Shown: one piece after another, positions 16,378 to 23,569 of the stretch
How the letters are laid out: each line of letters starts with the position of its first letter
How positions within the stretch are numbered: position 1 is the first letter of the stretch
IMG/VR virus record: IMGVR_UViG_3300035208_006812
Length of the DNA stretch: 26,606 nt
DNA from: a virus
Strand: one strand, 5' to 3'
Program-made: the position numbers and the translations under genes
The notes under the pieces: generated by a model
Database searches by the model: none
What the model was told of the DNA's origin: nothing
What the model saw: only the letters and a program-made list of their open reading frames with translations

Positions 16378-17978
16378 TGAGTAAATTGGTCAATGTAAAA
16401 GTGTCACCGGAGACCAGGGACATAATCAGAGAGGCTAAAAGCGAGGGTCAAACCTACGATGATTTATTAAAGGATAGGTGCCAGACATCGGACCGCCTCA
16501 ATAAGTCCTCATCCTCCGGAGGCAGGGAAGAAGGTATAGTCTATTTATCAACTTCTGGAACTTCATTCGAGGCAGAGCCTTTTAATATCCAGACCTTAAC
16601 ACGAATGGTAGAAAATACCTATATCGCTATGAAATTGAACTTAAATAACGTTCTATATTTCCCTAGCGCGTTAAAGGTCGAAGCAAGAAACCCTGAGGAT
16701 AAAATAGACGAAGATGTAACCAACGATATGAAAAATATGGTGGGGGTTATTGGTTGCATAGTCTCTGAAAAGATCAAGCAGGCTAAATATGATACTGATT
16801 GCTACGGTATAAGCCTATTTAATCCAGTATGGGAAGTTGTCAATGGAGTAGATACTCTGGTATCTATCAGGCATTTGCCGGCGTGGTCCTTTTCTAGGGC
16901 TCCCTCAGGTTACAATAAAACCTATTCTCATCTCCTGCCAGGAGTTACTATAAACCCGAAGTCCGGAGAAGTGGAATATTGGCAGATCCAGGAAGACGGG
17001 GAACCAATCCAAATAAATAACATCATGACGGTTAAAAACCCAAGGGATGAAGGTTTAGCCGGGGACTCAAAGCTTGCGCCTCTTTATGACTTCATAAATA
17101 TGGCAAAATTTGGCTGGAATGTAGAATTACAGGCAATTGCCAGGGCCGGGGCTCCAATCTTCTTTTTAAAGATAACTAAACCTAAAAAGGCAACCGATCA
17201 GGGTACCGGTGGAGTTTCAGATATCTCCCTCGGGAATAAGATATTATCTTCGTGGAGCACATCAAAACAACATCTACTTAGGGAAAATATGGAAGTCGTC
17301 GGTCTACCGATGAACCAGAAGATAAACGTAATTGAAGCCATTGAGCGCATAGAGGCTGTAATAGATAATTACTTTTCAGTAACAAACGAAATCAAATCCG
17401 ACGGTAACAGGATCGGAGGCTCTGACCTTTCGGAATTGAAGTTATTAAACCGAGCTATTCAAGGCGCGCATTCGTGGTTAATACCTCCATTCGAAGCCCT
17501 ATGTAATGAGTATTTTGTAAGAAACGGTTTTCCGGAAGGCTGGCATGTAAAGCTTTCATATGATGTATGGGAAAGTGACGACAGGGAAGTAAGAATACAG
17601 CAGGTGTTAGCCGGTCTTCAGGGTGATGCTGTGGACCTTGCAGACATCCGGGAAAAACTGGACTTTGATCCAGCCGACGAGGAAAAATTAAAAAGTATTG
17701 CAGAATACAATAAAACAAGGTATTCTTATAAATCGTCAGGTATCCAAACCGAAAACAGCGTTTCAACAACCTCCGGAGACGGCACACCAGATGCGAAAGC
17801 CTCCGATGCAAACAGGAAGAAAGTAAAAGGCACAAATTCAGGCTCGGGAGCCATACTAAATAAACTACCTGTCCAGGGAAACAATGATCTTGATGAGCTA
17901 GGCCAGAAGCTCTATAATGACATAACCGGGGACTTTGAAAAGATGATAGACAGGCTGTCTAAAGTGCTTTCCAAATGA
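16377..17978 (+). CDS. Portal protein with N-terminal RHH-like extension
   Basis: 533 aa between terL and MuF; portal-like features (DCYGISLF, IPPFEALCNEYF...WHVKLSY, DLADIREKLDF); aa 4-36 fit an RHH pattern. Confidence 0.85.
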   Translation: MSKLVNVKVSPETRDIIREAKSEGQTYDDLLKDRCQTSDRLNKSSSSGGREEGIVYLSTSGTSFEAEPFNIQTLTRMVENTYIAMKLNLNNVLYFPSALKVEARNPEDKIDEDVTNDMKNMVGVIGCIVSEKIKQAKYDTDCYGISLFNPVWEVVNGVDTLVSIRHLPAWSFSRAPSGYNKTYSHLLPGVTINPKSGEVEYWQIQEDGEPIQINNIMTVKNPRDEGLAGDSKLAPLYDFINMAKFGWNVELQAIARAGAPIFFLKITKPKKATDQGTGGVSDISLGNKILSSWSTSKQHLLRENMEVVGLPMNQKINVIEAIERIEAVIDNYFSVTNEIKSDGNRIGGSDLSELKLLNRAIQGAHSWLIPPFEALCNEYFVRNGFPEGWHVKLSYDVWESDDREVRIQQVLAGLQGDAVDLADIREKLDFDPADEEKLKSIAEYNKTRYSYKSSGIQTENSVSTTSGDGTPDAKASDANRKKVKGTNSGSGAILNKLPVQGNNDLDELGQKLYNDITGDFEKMIDRLSKVLSK

Positions 17979-17987
17979 GGGTATTAT

Positions 17988-18701
17988 ATGCCGGAAGAAT
18001 TGACCGCTGAGGAGCTGGAAGAGCTCACAGAAGAACAAAGGGACTATATCGAGAAGGTTGTAAGCCTGTTCATAATTGCCTATGCAGGCCGGCTTATAGC
18101 TGGTCATGGAGCCAGGATAATTAAGACTGTTCGTGAAGAGCTCCCAATTATAAAAAGTGTCCAGAAAAAAGCAGGAGTTGAAATTACCGATTTTAAACCA
18201 GGTGATATATCCGGTTGGTCTGCAAGCGAAGTAGAATTCTATAGAAGAATGCTGTTAGATTATGGAGGTACTTATATTGTAAAAAACGGGATATTAGAAT
18301 TCAAAGATTGGATGCGAGATCTACAGCCGGCTTTAATCGAGTCAGCCGAAAAAGTAATTATCCAGGCTAAGCAATTCGGATATACTCCTCAGGTACTCAG
18401 AGAGGAGCTTTTAAAGGCATTGGGGAATGAATATAACAATAGGCTATATGTAGGTGCTTATGTAGAATCCAGAGTAATAGAGGACCGGACAAAGCGTGAA
18501 TTATACGCCGATACCGGAATTAATTATGTAGTATGGTACACTCAAAAAGATTCAAGAGTAAGGCCAACTCATCAAGAAAGGCAAGGGAAAATATATTTAT
18601 TAGCCGAATGTCCGAGTTTAGGAGAACCGGGCTGTAGATGTTGGATTTATCCTTACACATCAAAAAACAGTCTAATGATTTCTACGGGCGGTCCAGAATA
18701 A
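17988..18701 (+). CDS. Head morphogenesis protein (Mu gpF / SPP1 gp7 family)
   Basis: C-terminal VVWYTQKDSRVRPTH...GEPGCRCWI; directly after portal. Confidence 0.9.
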   Translation: MPEELTAEELEELTEEQRDYIEKVVSLFIIAYAGRLIAGHGARIIKTVREELPIIKSVQKKAGVEITDFKPGDISGWSASEVEFYRRMLLDYGGTYIVKNGILEFKDWMRDLQPALIESAEKVIIQAKQFGYTPQVLREELLKALGNEYNNRLYVGAYVESRVIEDRTKRELYADTGINYVVWYTQKDSRVRPTHQERQGKIYLLAECPSLGEPGCRCWIYPYTSKNSLMISTGGPE

Positions 18702-18729
18702 AAAAGAATTAAAAAATATATAATTGAGA

Positions 18730-18831
18730 TCAATACTGTTTTTCAAAGAGCTCTTTAAGCTCCTCACTTTTTTTATGTCTCAATGCATCATACACGATAT
18801 AAGCCAGGAACATTACGTATTTAATGTTCAT
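18730..18831 (-). CDS. Small protein, 33 aa (not in ORF track)
   Basis: MNIKYVMFLAYIVYDALRHKKSEELKELFEKQY; ATGA overlap with the upstream zinc-ribbon gene. Confidence 0.55.
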   Translation of the reverse strand: MNIKYVMFLAYIVYDALRHKKSEELKELFEKQY

Positions 18832-19031
18832 TCCAAAACCGACTCCTCGAATTTTTTAAAAGGTACAATTTTATTTGGATCTATGTGTTTGAATATTGGC
18901 CGTTTAAAGGTTCTCCCACAGCAGATACATTTATAATTATGCTGCCGGGGAGAATGTGCAACATTGACAGACCCGCAAACGGGGCACGTTTTTCTATCCC
19001 GTTCGCTGTCGTCTTTCCGTATACCTCGCAT
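18828..19031 (-). CDS. Zinc-ribbon protein, 67 aa
   Basis: CPVCGS...YKCICCGRTF; RBS GGTGA. Confidence 0.8.
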   Translation of the reverse strand: MRGIRKDDSERDRKTCPVCGSVNVAHSPRQHNYKCICCGRTFKRPIFKHIDPNKIVPFKKFEESVLE

Positions 19032-19035
19032 AATA

Positions 19036-19203
19036 TCACCAATTAGGACAGGTTACAAAACAAGCCTCATCATCACAGTCTATTTTCTCGATACCTGCCT
19101 CAGTAGGTGGAACATAAAGCCCTAGTTTTCGGCGATACCCTGCACATCTTTGGTTAAAAGGCTCGTATTCCTTTTCACTATCGGTTAACTCGAATTCACT
19201 CAT
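19036..19203 (-). CDS. Small protein, 55 aa (not in ORF track)
   Basis: MSEFELTDSEKEYEPFNQRCAGYRRKLGLYVPPTEAGIEKIDCDDEACFVTCPNW; RBS GAGGT; ATGA overlap. Confidence 0.65.
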   Translation of the reverse strand: MSEFELTDSEKEYEPFNQRCAGYRRKLGLYVPPTEAGIEKIDCDDEACFVTCPNW

Positions 19204-19373
19204 GATCTAACCTCTTTAATTTTCTCAGCGGCGTTTCTATATGCCTCTTCACGTCCAACATTTAAATAAAATTGTTCGGTCCCTTCAGACAGTTTAGAGG
19301 CTTCTTTCATCAGGTCGGCCATTCTTAAAAGCCAGCTTTGAAAGTCATACATATCCATTATTTCAGTCTCCAT
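19200..19373 (-). CDS. Small helical protein, 57 aa (not in ORF track)
   Basis: METEIMDMYDFQSWLLRMADLMKEASKLSEGTEQFYLNVGREEAYRNAAEKIKEVRS; stop overlaps the next start. Confidence 0.6.
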   Translation of the reverse strand: METEIMDMYDFQSWLLRMADLMKEASKLSEGTEQFYLNVGREEAYRNAAEKIKEVRS

Positions 19374-19459
19374 CTTCTGTAACTATCGGTAACCATTTGG
19401 GACAGTTTCCAACCGATCACAATACCAGTAGAACACACCAGGCAATATATAAAGCTCAT
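19358..19459 (-). CDS. Small membrane peptide, 33 aa (not in ORF track)
   Basis: MSFIYCLVCSTGIVIGWKLSQMVTDSYRRWRLK; RBS GGTGA; TATA-like TTTATATT upstream. Confidence 0.55.
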   Translation of the reverse strand: MSFIYCLVCSTGIVIGWKLSQMVTDSYRRWRLK

Positions 19460-19505
19460 AAAATCACCATTATAATTTACGTCCCATTAATATAAATGGT
19501 TCTGC

Positions 19506-19730
19506 CTATAGTATCATGTCTGTAGTTTCCGGGTTATTCATCCTCTTTGCAAAGTTATAACTCTGGATTGCCGGGAATACAAAGCAGCACGGCAAGAACA
19601 ACCAGAGCAAAGGTATGGTCAAGCACATTAGAAAGCATATGAACGTCATAGCGGCTTTTCGAGGGAATCCCAGGGCAAGTAGTCCAAGACCGGGAATAAT
19701 GTTCATTAGAGAGGCTGTCAGTGGCTTCAT
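19506..19730 (-). CDS. Membrane protein, 74 aa, TM2-like
   Basis: NIIPGLGLLALGFPRKA motif followed by hydrophobic helices; only TAG-terminated gene found. Confidence 0.65.
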   Translation of the reverse strand: MKPLTASLMNIIPGLGLLALGFPRKAAMTFICFLMCLTIPLLWLFLPCCFVFPAIQSYNFAKRMNNPETTDMIL

Positions 19731-19749
19731 TATTTATCAGCTCCATATA

Positions 19750-19998
19750 TCACACGTTGAATTTTTCTTTCAGTTTAAAGACTATGTCTTTATCCTTTTC
19801 CATAATTGTAAGTTCAGTGGTTCCAGTCGGCCAATCATCTGCAGAAACTTCGTAAAAAATATCTGCAAGCTTCAGAGCACAGTAAAACTCATCTACACAA
19901 GGATTGATAGAACTAACCCAACAAGAAATTAAAGGCTGGTCCTTGCAATTCGCTCTTTTATGTGGTCTAAATCCTGAACAATTGGGTTTAAGCATCAT
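19750..19998 (-). CDS. Hypothetical Cys-containing protein, 82 aa
   Basis: First gene after the conserved promoter copy 2; RBS GGAG. Confidence 0.6.
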   Translation of the reverse strand: MMLKPNCSGFRPHKRANCKDQPLISCWVSSINPCVDEFYCALKLADIFYEVSADDWPTGTTELTIMEKDKDIVFKLKEKFNV

Positions 19999-20033
19999 AT
20001 CGCTTTTACTCCATTATACCTTACTACTATATT

Positions 20034-20083
20034 CTAATTAATCATACACGTATATATAGTTAACTAAACGTCTATGATTAATT
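20034..20083 (-). promoter_or_regulatory. Conserved viral promoter, copy 2, with inverted ATGATTAA sites flanking the TATA box
   Basis: Minus strand 20061-20034 reads AACTATATATA-CGT-GTATGATTAATTAG; AATTAATCATA (20036-20046) and TATGATTAATT (20073-20083) form an 11-bp inverted repeat. Confidence 0.8.
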
Positions 20084-20635
20084 GCTTTTGGCCGTATTAC
20101 CTGTTAGAATATCCAGGATTTTAATTATGTTCCCCAGGTGGTCTAAAGCGTGTAATGTTGCTTCATGAGTACCTTTTAAGGGACCTGTAAGTCCTTCCTT
20201 TATTCCGTAAGATTCGCGTAACAGCTCATCAAATACTATTTTTAAGAGCTTCGGGTCAATACTCGGAGTATGAGCGATTTCTAATATTTCCTTCTTATAA
20301 TGCACCAGGGCTTCTTTATGGCCGTACATTTCATTTTTACTATACTCAGCTATTCGGGTATCAAGGATATCAAGAACTTTAATTATAATACCCGTGTCCG
20401 GATCAATTGGCAAGTGAGGGAAATCATTTTCATATTCCGCCATTATGTCGGCAGCTTGATAAAGCCTTATATCTGGCTGGTAATAACAACCCTTACGTTT
20501 TTCCCATCGGTTGAAGTTCTCCCGCGTATTCTGCCCTAAATCAATAATCAGGATATTATCATTTGATCCTACAATACCAACTAGCTGGTTAGTCTCAGTC
20601 AGGGCAACAGCATTAAGCTTCCGGGTATCTCTCAC
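20078..20635 (-). CDS. Hypothetical protein, about 185 aa
   Basis: Probable GTG start at 20635 (GTGA overlap with the upstream stop). Confidence 0.65.
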   Translation of the reverse strand: MRDTRKLNAVALTETNQLVGIVGSNDNILIIDLGQNTRENFNRWEKRKGCYYQPDIRLYQAADIMAEYENDFPHLPIDPDTGIIIKVLDILDTRIAEYSKNEMYGHKEALVHYKKEILEIAHTPSIDPKLLKIVFDELLRESYGIKEGLTGPLKGTHEATLHALDHLGNIIKILDILTGNTAKSN

Positions 20636-20829
20636 TGTTTTCGCCTCCATATCTCGTCAATAATTACTACACTTTCGACCAAATAGGCGATACAAACCCC
20701 TATAAAAATAGGCTCTAAAGGATAGTTCAAAAACGCTGCAGAAACTATAACAAAAATACACGAAAGTATGTATTTATATACAATTTCTGAAAGGTGGTTA
20801 ATCAAATCATCGTTTATTTTCGTGTTCAT
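20632..20829 (-). CDS. Two-helix membrane protein, 65 aa
   Basis: YILSCIFVIVSAAFL and PIFIGVCIAYLVESVVII; RBS GGAGGGA. Confidence 0.7.
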   Translation of the reverse strand: MNTKINDDLINHLSEIVYKYILSCIFVIVSAAFLNYPLEPIFIGVCIAYLVESVVIIDEIWRRKQ

Positions 20830-20862
20830 CCCTCCGGCTTTAAAAAAATAAGAGGTCTAAAA

Positions 20863-21300
20863 TTAGATCCTCGAAGTAAAATTACTGTATTCGGTTATAA
20901 ATGCCCGAGTAAGTGCTCTTACCTTTCGGTTTATTCTGGACCTTTCAAGATTCAAAACTTCAAGATCACTTTTTGACTTTGTATATTGTTCATCCTGAGA
21001 TAATATCTCATCTGCCTTCTGCTTGCGTTTAGTGGCGTTTGATAGTGATTTATCAGGATTAAGCTCATTAGCTTTTTCGAGGTCGCTCATGACAGTAAAC
21101 TCAGCATTATCTATTATCTGCATAAGTTCACGGGTTTTAATGGCAAACAGGCTTTCAATAACCTCAAAGGCTTCGATATCATCTGAAGTGATCTTTTTTA
21201 GTTCCTGCCAGTTGGCTGCATCATAGTAAACTTTTCCATCGGCTATCCGATATTTAACCGTGAAAGAGTCAGTACGGCTTAACTTTACGAAATCTGCCAT
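20863..21300 (-). CDS. Hypothetical coiled-coil protein, 145 aa
   Basis: Start moved to the ATG at 21300, 1 nt after the upstream stop; helical C-terminus SNATKRKQKADEIL...LNLERSRINRKVRAL. Confidence 0.65.
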   Translation of the reverse strand: MADFVKLSRTDSFTVKYRIADGKVYYDAANWQELKKITSDDIEAFEVIESLFAIKTRELMQIIDNAEFTVMSDLEKANELNPDKSLSNATKRKQKADEILSQDEQYTKSKSDLEVLNLERSRINRKVRALTRAFITEYSNFTSRI

Positions 21301-21301
21301 A

Positions 21302-21520
21302 TTAAACACCTTTTGATTTTCCGCTGAAATTTGGTTCGCTGCCTTCGTGAGCTTCAATTACCTTGATATCATCAATAACCTTCCTTTCGGCAGGTGAGGC
21401 AGTACTCTTTATTGAAACACTGCATTGAGTGAAAGCCAGGATAAGCCAGCCGGCAAACAGTCCCAACAAAAAAACCATGAAAATGAAGGCTGCCCAAAAA
21501 AAGGAAGTAGGTTCAAACAT
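21302..21520 (-). CDS. Single-pass membrane protein, 72 aa
   Basis: N-terminal FFWAAFIFMVFLLGLFAGWLILAF; RBS GGAGG. Confidence 0.7.
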   Translation of the reverse strand: MFEPTSFFWAAFIFMVFLLGLFAGWLILAFTQCSVSIKSTASPAERKVIDDIKVIEAHEGSEPNFSGKSKGV

Positions 21521-21521
21521 T

Positions 21522-21653
21522 TTACTTCCTCCATGTCCAGGTATCTAGTCTCAGGTCATAAAGGTCATATTCCTGTATGTCCTCAGTCGGTGCTTTAATA
21601 GTGTAGTCCTCAACTTTAATAAACGGGTCTTGTGTCATTTTAGCCATACTCAT
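21522..21653 (-). CDS. Small acidic protein, 43 aa (not in ORF track)
   Basis: MSMAKMTQDPFIKVEDYTIKAPTEDIQEYDLYDLRLDTWTWRK; RBS GGTGA; fills the gap between neighbours. Confidence 0.6.
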   Translation of the reverse strand: MSMAKMTQDPFIKVEDYTIKAPTEDIQEYDLYDLRLDTWTWRK

Positions 21654-21657
21654 AATA

Positions 21658-21906
21658 TCACCATGAAAATACTATATGTTCAGTTCCAACAGGCAGAACG
21701 GTTTTAATCCTTCTTCTAAACGTTTTACCTGTCTCGACGTTCTTAATTTCGATATACTTACAAGATCTTAGAGTAGTTACCGTTATTCCATCATGAGACA
21801 ATTCGGATCTTTCGCGGGCAGTATACCTTTTAACTCCCATTTGTTCAGCAATGAAATGGACGGGATAACTCTTAAATTTTATAATGTCTCCTTCGATATC
21901 CGCCAT
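21658..21906 (-). CDS. Possible ASCH/PUA-like domain protein, 82 aa
   Basis: IIKFKSYPVHFIAEQMGVKRYTARE resembles the ASCH N-terminal K-x-x-P-x-x-F...G-x-K-x-x-x-x-R pattern; start at the ATG 1 nt after the upstream stop. Confidence 0.5.
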   Translation of the reverse strand: MADIEGDIIKFKSYPVHFIAEQMGVKRYTARERSELSHDGITVTTLRSCKYIEIKNVETGKTFRRRIKTVLPVGTEHIVFSW

Positions 21907-21907
21907 T

Positions 21908-22351
21908 TTAACCACGATTTTCTTTATAATTAACCGATTTTTCGCCAGAATTCACTGTTTTTCCCATCATATTGGAGCCCGAACAGGCTTTTATGCTTCG
22001 AAATTTCGGGTTAAAATCGGGGTTATATTTCGATTCCGGGGTTTTTGTCTCGGGTTTTCCGTTCAAAGACGGGCTACTAGACCTTAGTCTATGATCCATC
22101 TCTTTTAACATGTCACCGGTACAGGTGCAATAGTCCGACAGGTCACAAAAAGGAATACATACTGATTTGTACATATCGAATTTAAATTCAATAATTGGAA
22201 TAATACTTTTGTTTTCCTCCGGTGCCTGTGCCGTTATTTCCTGAACCTTAATTGGGACATTTCGCAGAGATCCTGCTCTCGGATCATCAATAACGAGAAA
22301 GAGCTCTGCCTTGACTGGCATCTGTACATCTCTTCTGTTTATTGGAGCCAT
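21908..22351 (-). CDS. Hypothetical protein with Cys cluster, 147 aa
   Basis: RBS AGGTG supports the ATG at 22351; CIPFCDLSDYCTC. Confidence 0.6.
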   Translation of the reverse strand: MAPINRRDVQMPVKAELFLVIDDPRAGSLRNVPIKVQEITAQAPEENKSIIPIIEFKFDMYKSVCIPFCDLSDYCTCTGDMLKEMDHRLRSSSPSLNGKPETKTPESKYNPDFNPKFRSIKACSGSNMMGKTVNSGEKSVNYKENRG

Positions 22352-22364
22352 AGTTAACACCTAT

Positions 22365-23102
22365 TCAAATATGATTTCTAGGTCTTATAAGTCGGTTTGA
22401 CTTAATGAACTCGGTCATGTCCTCCGGGACAATCGTATTATTGATATTCAGGATTATTTCATCCCGCCAGCAATAAGCCACAAAATCAGGACCGTTATAT
22501 ATTGGGAAATGCTCGTTTGTCACTCTATACCAATTAGATAGCTTTGAATATCCATAACTCGGGTATTCTGCAAACTGTCCAGTTTTCCGGTTAAATATGA
22601 ATCCAGGTTCAAAAGGTCTTCCATAATCCCTTATGGCGTTCTTAACCAACCGGTTCATATTTTCAGCTTTCAACACAGTGAGCATTAAACCCTCATGTGG
22701 TTCTATGAAAGGAACTGTACTCATATGACTTCCTCTACTTGTTATTTCAAACACAACTTTGAAAGTATGTATAATAAGTTTAGGTATTTTAGACTGATCT
22801 AAATACACACTATTTTCTGTTTCATCATCGATTGACACGATTTTACAAGGTAGGTGTATTATACGTGCTGTCTCGAAGTTGATAACTTTAAGAACTCCAA
22901 AACCATCCGTTTCAAAAAAACACCTTTTAAGATTGTTCAGTCCCTCGCCTCGGTCTATAAATTCCTCAGTTATGTATCTGCACAGACCCGCTGAAAGTTT
23001 CTCAAACTCATCAAAAAACCTTATAATCGTGAGCTCTCTTAAAGGAACATGAAACACTTCATTTTTTAGCTTGTTCGGTGCATATATATCTTGAAATCCC
23101 AT
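22365..23102 (-). CDS. Hypothetical protein, up to 245 aa
   Basis: Long ORF in the operon; start uncertain (ATG 23102 or GTG 23057). Confidence 0.7.
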   Translation of the reverse strand: MGFQDIYAPNKLKNEVFHVPLRELTIIRFFDEFEKLSAGLCRYITEEFIDRGEGLNNLKRCFFETDGFGVLKVINFETARIIHLPCKIVSIDDETENSVYLDQSKIPKLIIHTFKVVFEITSRGSHMSTVPFIEPHEGLMLTVLKAENMNRLVKNAIRDYGRPFEPGFIFNRKTGQFAEYPSYGYSKLSNWYRVTNEHFPIYNGPDFVAYCWRDEIILNINNTIVPEDMTEFIKSNRLIRPRNHI

Positions 23103-23433
23103 CAGTCACCAGCTCTTTGTATTCGTCTCTTATTTCGATCCTCCCGAGTATTTTTATTTCTCCACCTGTCCCCTTTTGAGTGAAAAGTTTACAGGTTCCG
23201 ATCTCGACGGGCTTATGTAGACCCGTATCTAGAAACATGGGTACGGTCTGATCTTTTGGGACACAGCAACCGGCTTGAAGCCTTTCAAGGTCAACAATAA
23301 CATTGCTTAATACACGGTCCCAGGTCTGACCCATTTCACCATGGCTTTTAAGTTTCTCTTTCGTATCGCGGCTAACAGGCAGAGACGTTAATTCTCTTCC
23401 AGTATCCCGGTTACATTCATTACTTTTTATCAT
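23059..23433 (-). CDS. RHH-domain protein, first gene of the antisense cassette
   Basis: LTSLPVSRDTKEKLKSHGEMGQTWDRVL is the short archaeal RHH/antitoxin-like pattern. Confidence 0.75.
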   Translation of the reverse strand: MIKSNECNRDTGRELTSLPVSRDTKEKLKSHGEMGQTWDRVLSNVIVDLERLQAGCCVPKDQTVPMFLDTGLHKPVEIGTCKLFTQKGTGGEIKILGRIEIRDEYKELVTDGISRYICTEQAKK

Positions 23434-23569
23434 TAAAGCCAGATTGGTTTAATCATATTTATAGGTATCATCAACCTAACATATATGATTAAGATGATTA
23501 AGTTAATAGAAATAACCGTCGATAAATATACATAGTTGGACGTATTAAATAGAAAATAAAAAAACTAGG
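23434..23569. promoter_or_regulatory. Divergent promoter region between the antisense cassette and the capsid operon, with three ATGATTAA sites
   Basis: TTAATCAT (23449-23456), ATGATTAA (23485-23492, 23494-23501); TATA-like elements on both strands. Confidence 0.6.

Noticed and set aside
19470-19508. Pyrrolysine-containing protein by read-through of the single TAG
   Set aside because: The extension is only 12 residues and overlaps the TATA-like promoter of the next gene; no in-frame TAG joins two substantial ORFs elsewhere among called genes.
19615-19932. 105-aa plus-strand ORF and the other short ORFs antisense to or nested in called genes (e.g. 2799-3005, 11797-12099, 24037-24504, 25347-25547)
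   Set aside because: They lack RBS or coupling and lie opposite or within better-supported genes.
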